Below the pieces are notes generated by a model. That model saw only the letters and a list, made by a program, of their open reading frames with translations, had not been told where the DNA came from and made no database searches. Source: Isurus oxyrinchus (Eukaryota). From it: a DNA stretch of 64,000 nucleotides. Positions within the stretch are counted from its first letter, which is position 1; every line of letters begins with the position of its first letter. The DNA is taken from assembly GCA_026770705.1 (NCBI GenBank), contig JANJGN010000053.1:3410001-3474000 (forward strand), given 5' to 3'. The position numbers and the translations under genes are program-made. Below are positions 38,701 to 51,072 of the stretch, in pieces.

Positions 38701-39642
38701 ATCAAATACAGTGTCAACTAATTCGATTTGGACATCTTTTAGCTTTTGAACTGCTTGCCCTTCGTGTGCGACTCGCTCTTCCCAGTAAGATTTTGACCTC
38801 GTTACAACACAATCAGGAAAGAATCCAGGATGTTCCTACTGTAACAGCTCTGTTGGAAATAATTATATAGGTTGCTCAAATTCTATAGGCATCAACCACA
38901 TTTGCGATCCAGCTCTATAGTTGCACATGTTGGCCACTGGCTGCAGCTCAACTGCCAGACACAGGCAAAAGCAAATTTTGAACTGAAGTATCTTGAGTCC
39001 AGTTGCTGGCCTGAGTAACTTTTCAAATCTGACTCCAATCACTGGGTCCGAACTGGTTAGAACCACTTTCAAAGAAGCTGAGTTTCATCAAGACAATGGA
39101 AATGTGATGCGTCCATATTTAGAAACAGAGAAACGAGATAATCCTTCAAGTCTTGGAACAGCCAATAGAGAAGATGCCAAAGATCAGAAAAGCAGACCAA
39201 AACCAACGGGAAGAGAGACAGAACAGCTTGAAGATATACAATTCAGTGTAACACCGAGAGGACTTCGGGCATCGGGCAGCGAGACTCTGGAGACCAACCA
39301 TGGCAGAAGTGAGGGAAACTACATCCGCAACGTTGAGATGCACGGGAGAGAGAAGGGAATGCCTGGCCAGCATCAGCTCTCCTTTTCGGATACTAGCTTT
39401 TATATTCTGTGACCACTCAGGGAGTGTCAGAGAAACCTAGTGTATGAGTGTTTAGATCCTAGTTCTGAGTATAAAACTGTATAACCTGCTGTAAACTGTA
39501 TGTCTATATTTAAACAGATGTATGAATTGTGTGTAGATGATCTAAAGACGTGAATAAGCACGTTCAAAGTTAAGAGAGAATTCGCTCTACTCCGCTGTGT
39601 ACTAAGCCATTAACCATTACCGGTGACCTCCTGCAACATGTT

Positions 39643-39660
39643 TGGTGTCCCTGTGTGAGC
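39643..39660 (+). promoter_or_regulatory. tRNA-Asn primer binding site
   Basis: tggtgtccctgtgtgagc vs TGGCGTCCCTGGGTGGGC (15/18, match extends by TC), 4 nt after the LTR CA end. Confidence 0.75.
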
Positions 39661-42600
39661 TCAAGGATAAGTCTCTGAGTTCAGTTACCGGGAGACTCAG
39701 GCGAACCAATTTGGCGAAGTATAGGCATAACAGGAGTTTGGGTTAATTCATAGCTGTTAACATAAGATGACGAATCAAAGGGAATATCTGTTTTGACTGG
39801 AAGGGAATTCTTCATAAATACGTAATAGGGGAGTGGCCGCATTACACGGAAAATGTAGGTCACATTGGTCACAAGGGAAATCCCGCTATAGAGGCCCTTT
39901 GGAGAATTGCGCAAACAAAGATGTCAGATAAGAAATTTAAAACAGGTACCGAAGTCCGTAGCGATCGGATGTTTATTTCAGGAATGGATAGAATGCTAAA
40001 AGCAAGCTAGGAGAGAGCGAGACAAACTAGAGGAAGAAAATAAGAAATTCCATGAGGAGTTTAGTGAGAATTGCATAGTGAGAAGGTTACTGATTTAAAA
40101 CAGCAGAGAAGTGTGGATTTGTTGCACATGAACCGATATCAGTTACAGTTCGAAAAATTGGCTGATAAAAAAGAGTAAGAGAGAGGGAGAAGCCCAAACA
40201 GCTAAAGCTGAGGAGGAGGGTTGGAAACAACAACGTAGTGATTTTAAAAGTGTTATGAATGTGATTCACAGAGCAGCTCAGGAAAAGAGGAGCACTGCTG
40301 GTGATCACACAAAGTGTCAGAAACTAATAGTGAGGCTGCAAGATCAGCCACCTGCACAGAGGGGCATACAGTGTGCTTTTACACCCGGAAGAAGTGAAGA
40401 AAAATGTCAAGGGGATATAGATTGGGATGATTTAGCAGGCGGGGTGAATAGATACAACGGAGGTGACGAGAAAACTCCACCAGAGAATCCACCACTGGCA
40501 TCTAAACCAGATCCGGAAAAACTGTCTGCCCAAATGGCCCCCCTTGTAACCACTAGAGCAAATGTAGGGCTGATGGCCAGGGTCAAGCCGGCCCTAATAT
40601 GACATATTCCAGCCCACTTGGGATACAAGCACTGAGGGATATTGCAAAATATATAGGGACGTGTGCACCCAGGGATGATCCGAGTGAGTGGTTCCTCGCA
40701 GTCAGGCAACAGGGAGGGGTACACGGCTTAGACGATGATGAGGAAAAATTAATTCTAATGTGCCTACACCCACATATATACTCTGCCCTACCGGAGGAGC
40801 AAAAACTTGGTAGAGGCACAAATGAGGCCTCAAAGAACCAGGTTTTACCTGTCATGGACGATAACAGAGGGGTCCCACTGTAGGCGCTGATGAAATGCTA
40901 TCAAAGAAAAGGTCAATACACCACCACAGTTTGGCTCGCATTTGGGTGGTATTTTAATTGGTCAATGCCACTGGCCTAGATAAGGATAATTTACAGCTGG
41001 AGGTTAGGAACTGTTGGCAGAGTATGCTCGTGTTGCAAGGCACTGAGGAGTCGAGGAAAGCATTGGATCAGTTTGATTCCACATATGACGCACATAGAGA
41101 GCACTGGATAATTAAAAAGATAGTTGGAGTATGGGAAAGGGAAACACCAAAACTACCCAAGACATCTTGGGACACAGCAATGCTTGTTAAGAATCAGCTG
41201 ACAACCTGGAGAAATGAAGGGAGGGGACCTCCTCAGAGGGACCATGCTCCAGCCTATCAGACATTGGGTAGAGACAGAGGAAAAGGAAACTTCTCGGGGA
41301 CGGGGTGAAATCAGGGCTAGGTGTCCAGATGGTATAACTGTGGCCGAGAGGGAAACTTCTCAAGCGACTGCCCAAACTGGAGACGAGAAAATTCAGGTCA
41401 GGGAGGAAACCGGAGCCTACCAGTGGAAGGACCGAATAGAGCAAGTCCGCAGTGTGATATGATAGAAATACCAGCGAGTTCTTAGTTGTACCCTGAACTG
41501 CAATGACGGTCTCAGGCCTCTCCATAATGGGTGTGTGATATGCAGTGGGATGACACGGGAAGACTCTTAGTGAATGATAGGGTTGGACGCCGGCCTATTA
41601 AATTACTTTGGGACACAGGGGGATCCCACACCGCCTTCAGCACCAGTCAGATCAATGACATCGATTGGAAAATTAAAAACAACATTTTTCTAAGCCGATT
41701 CACAGGACATTCACAAGTAGGATATGAGAGTGTACCGTTGGAAGTCGGTGTGGGAGACATATTGATAGAACATTCAGTGGCTCTTATCAAATTACTCAGA
41801 GAACTAGAACATCTTTCAGGGAGCGACTGTATGGTCAGAGCAGGATTCTGCTTTGACCTAGTTAATTGTATGATTTGACAAATGCCTTTGGACAAAGGCA
41901 GTATAAATCACACACTCACTGGGTAGGAAAATATCAGGATAGGATATGCACGATCGGGGAAACGTGGATAGAACCAGGAGAAATGAGTGATGATCTTCAT
42001 GTAAAACAAATTATTGCACAAAACTCAATATTAATCGTCCGACTAAAGCATGATTGTGGGAAAATGACCAGACGTGTGTGCATACAAGGTCCAGACTCCA
42101 AACCACAAAAGCAGTACGGTTTACCAAAAGAAGCAGAATAAGGGATAGGAAAGGTGATACAGAGTCTGCTGCAACAAGGGATATTAAGACCAATAGCTTC
42201 TACTAACAATGCACATATATGGCCGGTGAAAAAAACCAACAGCAGCTGACAACTACAGATAGACTACAGAGAATTAAGGGAAGTGACCCCTTTAACACCC
42301 CTACTGTAGCAACTAGCCCAGAGACAGTAGTTCGACAAAATAAGAATGGCAATGGTTCACAGTTTTGGACATAAGTAACGGTTTTTGGTCTAGTGCACAG
42401 GAGAAAGTATGTCAATATAAATTCGTTTTTACTTTCCATGGAAAGCAATATAGATGGACCACCCTGCCATAGGGATTTCAGAATTCCCTGTCCATATTTC
42501 ACCAACGTGTAAGGGAAGGGTTAAAAGGATTCTCGAGGCCTGAATTTCTAGTGCAGTATGTAGACGACGTACCCCTACAAATTGAAACCAAAAAGCAACA

Positions 42601-44417
42601 TAATCAACGACTAAGTGAATTACTGCAGTTAAGTGACTTGGGATTAAAGATCAACCCTAAACAAGCGCAGATCATGAAACAATAAGTTACTTACTTGGCA
42701 ATGATTGTGACACCGGGGAAGAGGGACATTGACAAGCGTAGGATGAACACAGTTGGCAGACTCAATGTTACAAGACGTAAAAGGGTTAACGTCCTTCTTA
42801 GATTTGGTCTGATATTGTAGGGACCACATAGGTGGATTCACCAAAAAAGCAGCACCGCTAATGGAATTATTTAAAAAGAATTTGACCTGTGAGTGGAAAA
42901 CATTACAAACCCAGGCCATGAACGCTCTAAAGCAAGCATTAGCTGCTGTGTCAGCTCTGAAAACCCCAAATCCAACTGAGCCATTTTCATTTGGGGTGGC
43001 TATCACAGACACCACCCTTTCAGCAGTTCTATTACAGGAGACACATGGGAACTTACGACCCGTAGCGTATGCCTCACATATGCTCTCACCAGTACAGTAG
43101 GGGTATACGATATGCACAAAACACTTGCTAACTGTCTTTTGGGCAGTGCAGCATTTTACCTTTATAGTGGGAATAAACACAATTACAACATTAACAGAAC
43201 ACATCCCTGTACAGCTACTGAATTACGGAACGATTAAGGATGGTACAGTTAGACAAATAGAATCCCTAGATGGATAATGTTGCACGGGAGAAATATAACC
43301 ATAAAGGGGGATAAAACACTATCATGTTAAGAGATAACTTACTTTATCAGGGAGAAAAACAAGAATGTCAAATTATGAATGCAAATGACTCCAAGGGCCC
43401 ATTTGTATCAGAAGAAAAGGGAGGGCGTAGGACTGGGCCTGAAAGTAGAAAAACAAAGCAATCAGGAAAGGAAAACCCTATTTTAAATCCTGGTGAATGG
43501 CTCTTCATCAGTACAGCATGGGGAAAGGAGAACTGTCTGTGGGATATCCATGGAGTATGAAAACGGACAGGAAAGATTTAGAGCGGCTTTGAAATATCCA
43601 TAAAACCATGAGTGTGCAGGGAGCAGAACTAGCAGCCATTGCATATGTGGTTTGACACCCGGAATATTTCCGCCTAGATCAGTCATATATTTTGATGGCA
43701 TGTCTGTCTGTAATAGCCTCACAGAACATTTGCCCCTATTGGATGCAAAAGATTTTGTCTCTGCAGATGGAAGGCCTCTTCCTTCCTCCCCGCTATTGCA
43801 ATACATCTTTCAAGAAGCACAAGGGAAAGAATTTGTGGTCAAAAAAGTGAAAGCTCATTCAAAATTATCTCCCGATGGGAACAGGAATTCTGATGAACTA
43901 GCCAAACGAGGTGCTGTAAGTGGACAGGAATGGTAGCCACTGATTTTGGAAATCGGGGGCCAGAAAGAGAAGCAGGTTAAAGTAATGGATTTAATGGATG
44001 AGCAAAAGAAAGATGGAGAATTGAAAAAAATTAATAGAAGGAGCACAGTCAGACATACTTTAAAAGCACGAGGGCGTCTATATTCAAAATTGAGTGGTTT
44101 TACGTGAGCGGAAATTTGGGCCACCAGAGGAGGGGCGAAAGCAAATTATCCACCAGTACCATGACTTATGGGGACATAAAGGAATGGAGAGTACCCTGTA
44201 TTCGATAAAGGAGGTATGCTGGTGGCCAGGAATGAAAGGTGGTGTGCACCACTATGTCAAGATTTGTTGATCTGTGCACAACACAACCCCGATAGAAATT
44301 TTAGGAAAGGGGCCTCCAACATAATAGACCAGTAGAAGGGCCTTGGACTAAGTTACAGATAGACTATGTAGGATCCCTTCCCCCACAACAGAGGACTACA
44401 AGGATATTCTAGTATTA

Positions 44418-44873
44418 TTGGATACCTTCACTAAACAGGTGGAAGCTTTTCCGAACAGAACAAACACAGCCAAAATTACTGCAATTTTTTTTTTAGGGAA
44501 GGTGTTTACATGCTGGGGTTTACCTGGAGACAGAGAATTGCATCAGGGAACATGTTTTACAGCCCAAGTAATGCACGATGTTATGAATCTTTTTGGGATC
44601 AGGCAGAGATTCCACATACCCTATAGACCACAGTCTAGTGGAATTGTGGAAATTCTGAATCGGACATTGAAGAACATGCTAGCCAAAATGGTGCAGCAGC
44701 ACAAGACAAACCGGCAGGTTGTTCTGCCCTATGTGCTGATAATAATCAGGAATACCATGGCTTCAACAGGATACACTCCTTATAGGCTTATGACAGGTAG
44801 GGACATGAGGGGATTGGAGGGGTTGGTAGATCTGGATTTGGACTCAAGAATGAGGTTGGTTGATGCAAACTAA
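44418..44873 (+). pseudogene. Provirus integrase catalytic core remnant
   Basis: DTFTKQVEAFP...WGLP....HQGTCFT...YRPQSSGIVEILNRTLK...TGYTPY.LMTGR. Confidence 0.85.
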
Positions 44874-45163
44874 TCATTACTCGTTGTCCGGGGCTCAACT
44901 CTGTCAGGCTAGCTTTTGCATCGAAATAAGCCTTGCTTTGCTGTTTCTTCTTTCCCTGTCGGTGAGCAATTACATAATTTGCTTCTTGTACAGTTTCTAC
45001 TAGTTGTTGTACCCATTTTACTAAAATAATGTGTAAACACTTTCTCTAAAATAAATTTCGCAATAATTTTGGATGTGTTTGATCTGGTCGGAAAAGCTTC
45101 CACCCACTTAGGTTGACCACATTATATCAGACAAAATTGCTGTATACCCCAACAGTTCAAAAT

Positions 45164-45890
45164 TGTTATGCCATAGCAGTTTTAAAAGACTGTTATTTAA
45201 AATCCGAGGGGACAACTTCCAACAACCGTCATAACCGATGTTTTCAATTGGAATATTTGATATGGAACTCTGAATTCATAAATGAACCAGCCAAACCCCC
45301 AGACGTCTCTATATCAAACTAAATTAAACTTGTATTGTTTTGCAAAAAGGTATTAAACACATACACATGTCTACACATTTCTATTTTAAATTTTAAACAA
45401 ATTCCCAAGGAAACAATAACCAATAGACTTAAGCAGAGACTAGGCGGAGCATTTTCACCAGACGAATTCGAAATGTAGTTCCTTACAGTTTGGTTCCAAT
45501 ACTAACAGTTTTAATCTTACAAATTTTCAACTTACACGTCTCTGTGATGCACATGGGTACACCCTTCTGCTAAACCTAGCCTTTCTTTCTGAATGCAAAT
45601 TTTCATTGTATGACCAGGCCCTTTGAAATCCGTTCATAGCTCCATTGTCACCAGTAATAAAAGGATTGCTTGGTGTCTTCCTAACTAGATGCAAGATTTT
45701 ACCGCACTCTTGAATGTTCTATTTAGCAAAATGCAAATGTATCCGACAGCCCTGTTTACATCTGAAAACTACGGTACACCAAAGCACCCAGCCTCGCTGG
45801 CTTTCATCCAATTAGCACACACAGACTAATACTCGATTAAAAATGTTAGAAAAACTCCAATTATATTATCATTACTTCCTCTTCCTGACA
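45164..45890 (-). repeat. 5' LTR of element 3
   Basis: tgttatgcc...cttcctgaca, colinear with 35007-35759. Confidence 0.85.
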
Positions 45891-46200
45891 TCAAATCTCT
45901 GACAGCGAGAGACATTTTATTGGCCAGCCGAGTTCACCAGAGACTGAGGGGACAGACTGTGGGAGAGACTCACACTTTCGATCTTTGGTGTATATTTTAG
46001 ATATCTTGATGTCCTAAATGCTTGAGATGATGAATTTTCTTGCACCTATGATAATGTTGCGTAAATGCTGTGGACCTTAAGTTGCTGCACAAAAAAAATA
46101 TTTATATGTTGACTCAGGCTTAGTTCAGAGTGCAGTTGAAGAACGCGGTGAATCATCCACTACATCGATTAAGAAATTAATTGCTGAACAAAAGAACTGA
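45891..46200 (+). pseudogene. GPR139-like pseudogene 2, 3' part
   Basis: SLTARDILLASRVHQRLRGQTVGE corresponds to VLTVRHVIVSSRVTKGLRVQG in pseudogene 1 and resumes directly after the LTR/TSD. Confidence 0.8.
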
Positions 46201-47289
46201 GAGCAGCTGAAATATCTAGAATCATGGGGCATGAGGTAACCGCAGCAGTATCGGAAGTAATGCATCCAAAGGAGAGATGTTAACGAAAATTAAGATGGAT
46301 CAGTGAGCGGGAAAAACTGAAAAAAAATGTGCCACAGTTATCTGATACAGCGAAAAGCAGTGGGTCAAGATCATTGGGATACTTCCGGGGACTGGAGTCA
46401 ATGAGCACATTTAAGCAGACATTGAAAATACATGTATAAACTATGCAGGCGGAGACTCTAACGCCAAAGGCTGCGTTTCAATGTCGAGATATAACATGCA
46501 GAGTCTGGGGAATAAATTAACAGATGGAGGCGGGCAGTCAAGGGAGCAGAGGACAAAGGACAAACTTGGTCTTCGGTGAACCGGTTGTGAAGTTGACAGG
46601 AAGGCAGTAAAAACGTTCCCTGATGAATATAAAATAGCACAGCAGACCCATTCTTTCCTCAAAGTAGACTTGCTCGATTTTGAACTCCTTGCTTCTTGTC
46701 AGAAAGAACGGAAAACAAGTTTGTTTAACAGCAAGAGGCTGCATATAGATGAAATCTCCTTTGGTCAATATGCTTTTATTCATTTGTTTATCCCCCATCC
46801 ATCCCTCTTTCTGTCTGTCCGACCATCTGATCGTCCATTCTTCCATGGATTTTTTATGTCCCTCATCCCGTTATTCTATCCGTTCGGCCATCTATCACCC
46901 TTCCCGCACCCATTTAGTTTGCATCCATACATCTATCGATCAATCTATTGATTTTGTTATTCATTTATTGAAACGAATTATTTATTGCCCTAGCCACCTT
47001 CCAGCCTTATCGCTGTCCTCTATTTATATCTCTTCCCCCCAACCTTTAAAAGACGCTGTTCATGGCTGAGCGACTGTGTGATCACACATGGAGCCAGGGT
47101 CGCCTTGCTCCCAAAACTTTTCATCTACTAACTCTTCCATATCTCTGCAAACCTACTAAGCACTACAACAGAGTTTATCACTGTGAGGCCTACCAGGCAA
47201 TAGTGCACCTCTTCCCGCCCCCGACCTCTATAAGTTCCTCTAGCGGCTCCAACACTCTCCATCTTTCACCCCCTCAAGCACCTACACGC

Positions 47290-47600
47290 TAACTCGATTT
47301 GTGTTCCCTTGCAGTCTCTTTAACCTTTAAGGATATCTAGAAACCTCCATTACTGGTACTTGTCCTTTTCCATTTTCATTTTTCCAGCATTGGAGGCCGT
47401 GCCTTCAGCTGCATGTTTGTAAGGAATGTAAAATTGCATTCCTCAATCTCTCAGCCCCTTGTTTTGTGGAATTCAGGGCGCACCTCAAAATCTTTCTCTA
47501 AATCCTAATTTCTCTTTGACTAGATGTAAAGCCTTTGCTTTCTAACGCACCTTTGAAGATGCTTGTAAGCTTGGACTATAAGAATGGAATAAGGAGTATA
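47290..47600 (+). mobile_element. L2-type LINE/SINE 3' tail
   Basis: cattggaggccgtgccttcagctg...ctc motif typical of L2 3' ends. Confidence 0.5.
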
Positions 47601-47642
47601 TCATCTATGTTTAACGTATCCCGTCTTTGACACTCTGTCGAG

Positions 47643-47643
<1 letters not shown>

Positions 47644-47672
<29 letters not shown>
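47644..47672. repeat. (CT)n microsatellite at the start of a pyrimidine-rich tract (to about 48520)
   Basis: Direct reading. Confidence 0.85.
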
Positions 47673-47676
<4 letters not shown>

Positions 47677-48699
47677 GCCGCATTCTGTACCGTCTTGCCT
47701 CTCCCTACTTTTCATTCTCGAAATTTCTAATTCTTCCCCTCTTTCTCCCATTCCAATCGCACCCTTTGTCTCTTAATGTCTGTCATATTATTATTTTTTT
47801 TTCCTTTCTGTGATTCTCCCACTTTTGCCCGCGCTTTAGTTTTACTTTTCACAGTCTCTTAATTGAATTTTCCTTATTTCTCTTGCTTAATATGTATCTA
47901 TATTTCTGGGTGTTCATGTCTCTCCGTCAGGTTCTCGCTCCCTCCCTTACTTTTCTCTCCCCTCCCTGCCTCCACCCCTCCCCACGAACCCCCCTCCCCC
48001 CGCACACGCACACATACACATTTTCTTCGCCTCTCTATTTCTCACTTTCTCGTTCTATTTCTGCTTATCTTCGCCAATCTCTATCTATCCCGATAACCCA
48101 TTAATTTTCCACTTCTCTCAGTCCCTCTTCCTCGTTCTTCAAAACGTCGAGCACTTACCCATCTCTGATTCTCACCGCTGTTCCACCTCTGCCACCTTCC
48201 CCTTCCTTCGATTTTCCTCAGCCCTCTCCCTCTGTCCCTGGAGGGCTCTTTTCACCAACTGCCGCACACCTCCCAACTGTCTTAAACTTTATCCATTTCC
48301 ATCTCCGAATCTTTCTTCTTCCCTAATTTCTCTGTTCCTGAATCCATTTGCCACCAGTCTAAATCGCTCGCCACTACCTTTCTCTCCTGCATCTGTCAAC
48401 CTCCCTTTGTGATTATTCCCCTTAATCCCGTCCTCCGTCGTTTTCTTTCCCCAATACCTACCCTGCTTCTTGCTTACACACTTTTCATTTTCCCTCTCTG
48501 CCTCTCTCTGCCCTTTTATCCAAAAAATACCCTTCACTTGTTTGAACAAGATCAGCTTTACACTATTATCAATGGTTTTTGGAACCCCCGATCAGAACAT
48601 AAATACCTCATGGTCTCTCCCACCTCTCCAAATCGAACACATCAAAAGGGAAGCAACATTTATGGCCATCCATCACTTGCCAAACCATTTCAATATCTG

Positions 48700-49794
48700 A
48701 AACAAAAACAGAATTACCTGGAACAACTCAGCAGGTCTGGCAGCATCGGCGGAGAAGAAAAGAGTTGAAGTTTTGAGTCCTCATGACCCTTCGGAGAACT
48801 TGATTTCGATCCAAGAAAGAGTTGAAATATAAGCTGGTTTAAGGTGTGTGTGGGGGGGGGCGGAGAGATAGAGAGAGAGAGGTGGTTGTGTGGACAAACA
48901 AGCAGTGATAGAAGCAGATCATCAAAAGATGTCAGCGACAATGGTACAATAGAACACATAGGTGTTAAAGTTAAAGTTGGTGATATTATCTAAACGAATG
49001 TGCTAATTAAGAATGGATGGTAGGGCACTCAAGGTACAGCTCTAGTGGGGGTGGAGGGAGCATAAAAGATTTTAAAATATTTAAAAATAATGGAAATAGG
49101 TGGGAAAAGAAAAATCTATATAATTTATTGGGGGGAAAAAAGGGGGAAACAGAATGGGGGTGGGGATGGGGGAGGGAGCTCACGACCTAAAGTTGTTGAA
49201 TTCAATATTCAGACCGGAAGGCTGTAAGGTGCCTAGTCCGGTCTGAATATTGAATTCAACAACTTTAGGTCGTGAGCTCCCTCCCCCATCCCCACCCCCT
49301 TTCTGTTTCCCCCCTTTTTTTCCCTATAAATTATATAGATTTTTCTTTTCCCACCTATTTCCATTATTTTTAAATATTTTAAACTCTTTTATGCTCCCTC
49401 CACCCCCACTAGAGCTGTACCTTGAGTGCCCTACCATCCATTCTTAATTAGCACATTCGTTTAGATAATATCACCAACTTTAACTTTAACACCTATGTGT
49501 TCTATTGTACCATTGTCGCTGACACCTTTTGATGATCTGCTTCTATCACTGCTTGTTTGTCCACACAACCACCTCTCTCTCTCTCTATCTCTCCGCCCCC
49601 CACACACACACCTTAAACCAGCTTATATTTCAACTCTTTCTTGGACTCGAAATCAAGTTCTGTCGAAGGGTCATGAGGACTCGAAACTTCAACTCTTTTC
49701 TTCTCCGCCGATGCTGCCAGACCTGCTGAGTTTTTCCAGGTAATTCTGTTTTTGTTTTGGATTTCCAGCATCCGCAGTTTTTTTTTTTTGTTTT
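48700..49794. mobile_element. 1.1-kb palindromic (fold-back) young PLE insertion
   Basis: Arms 48700-49218 and 49237 to about 49757 are near-perfect reverse complements, 18-bp spacer, 14-bp TSD catttcaatatctg (48686-48699, 49795-49808). Confidence 0.93.
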
Positions 49795-50274
49795 CATTTC
49801 AATATCTGTCTTGTTTTGGGCATTGATGCTCTATCACATAACAATGGGGTAGATATGAATTTACCAGGAAGTCAGGGCAACATCGTAGGCCTCAATTATA
49901 TTTTTTCCTCCCATTTGCACCCGCATATATTTCGTGTCAAGATCTAATTAATTACAAGCGAGGGCCTGTATCGGATCCAATGATATTTTTGCCTATTAAT
50001 GTATGATGCAATGCTTGGTTTTTTCCCTGGTGATGAGATCATCCCACAAATCTTTGGTAAATAAGGGTGGAAACTCTGAATGCCGTTGCCTAAATCTTCC
50101 AATGTTTCTACAGGCTGGGCTAGAGGACAGGAGAAATGCAACACCTGTTTGTTTACTCAAAATAATAAAAAAAGTTGTTGCACGTAATGATAGTCCCAGG
50201 ATGTTTGGCCAATCAGCTCAACCTCAATAGGGGGAACACTTTAGGAAGAATAATTCTGTCCAAATGCAATATTT

Positions 50275-51072
50275 CTGTCCAAATGCAGATGCAATATCAC
50301 ATGGATAATTGTGAATTTATCCACTTCGGTTGAAAAAATGAAACAGAATGGTAGAATATTATTCAAATTATGATAGAATGGGAAAATTTTGATGTCAAAA
50401 AGGGTTTGGGTGTCCTTATACACGAATTGCTGAATGTGAGGTTGCAGGTTCAGCAAAGCTTAAGAAGGCAAATGGTATATTGGCCTTGATTACTGAGAGA
50501 ACATAAGTACAGGAACAAAGGTGTCTTACTGCAGCTGAAGAGGGCCTTGATGAGACCACACCTGGAGCATTGCGTGCAGTGTTGGTCTCCTTACATAAGC
50601 AATTATATACTTGGCACACAGGGATTGCAGCAAAGGTATTACAGACTAATTTTTGGCGTTACACGTTTGTCGTATGAAGGGAGTTTGGGCTGATTGGGTC
50701 CGTATTTTCTGGATTTTGGAAGAATCAGAGGAGATGTCATTGAACCGTGTCGCACTTTGACAGGGCTGAACCGGCTTTGACTGGGAGATCACAGTTTCAT
50801 GATACGGGGTAAACCACTTGGGATGGAGATGAGGAGACAGTATTTCAGTTAGGGGGACGTAAACCTATGGAATTCCCGACTGTAGATGCTTGTGGAGGCC
50901 ACGTCACTGAATATACGTAAGCAGTAATTAGAAAAAATTCTAGGATCTAAAGGCACCATGGGATTTGGGGAGTGTGTTGGAGTATTGCGTTGACAACGAG
51001 TATCAGCCATGATCTGATTGAACATTTGAGCAGTTGGGAGGCCGCATGACTGCTCCTGCTCCTGTTTTTTAT
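50275..51072 (+). mobile_element. CR1 LINE 3' end
   Basis: MQY..DNCE.IHFG, KANGILALI, LMRPHLEHCVQCWSP, ending gactgctcctgctcctgttttt. Confidence 0.8.

Larger units (their letters stand above)
38925..45110 (+). mobile_element. Endogenous retrovirus-like provirus (spuma-like/lokiretrovirus-like), 3'-truncated, no env
   Basis: LTR-like region ending GCAACA at 39638, Asn PBS, gag with CCHC remnant (41330-41371), protease LLWDTGGS (about 41605), RT with YVDD (42557-42568), tether RNase H (RPVAYAS, about 43055), second RNase H (AELAAI...KVKAHS...GN..DELAK, 43620-43920), integrase (HHCC, LQIDYVG, DTFTK.VEAFP, YRPQSSGIVE). Confidence 0.85.
35007..45890 (-). mobile_element. Gmr1-type Gypsy LTR retrotransposon 3 (LTR family of element 2), gag-pro missing, provirus nested inside
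   Basis: LTRs 35007-35759 and 45164-45890 (TG...CA), PPT at 35760-35775 (-), TSD tcaac/tcaaa (35002-35006, 45891-45895). Minus-strand IN (RFTGPY, IDFVGP), RT (FLGMSGFY) and RNase H at 35850-38920. Confidence 0.9.
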
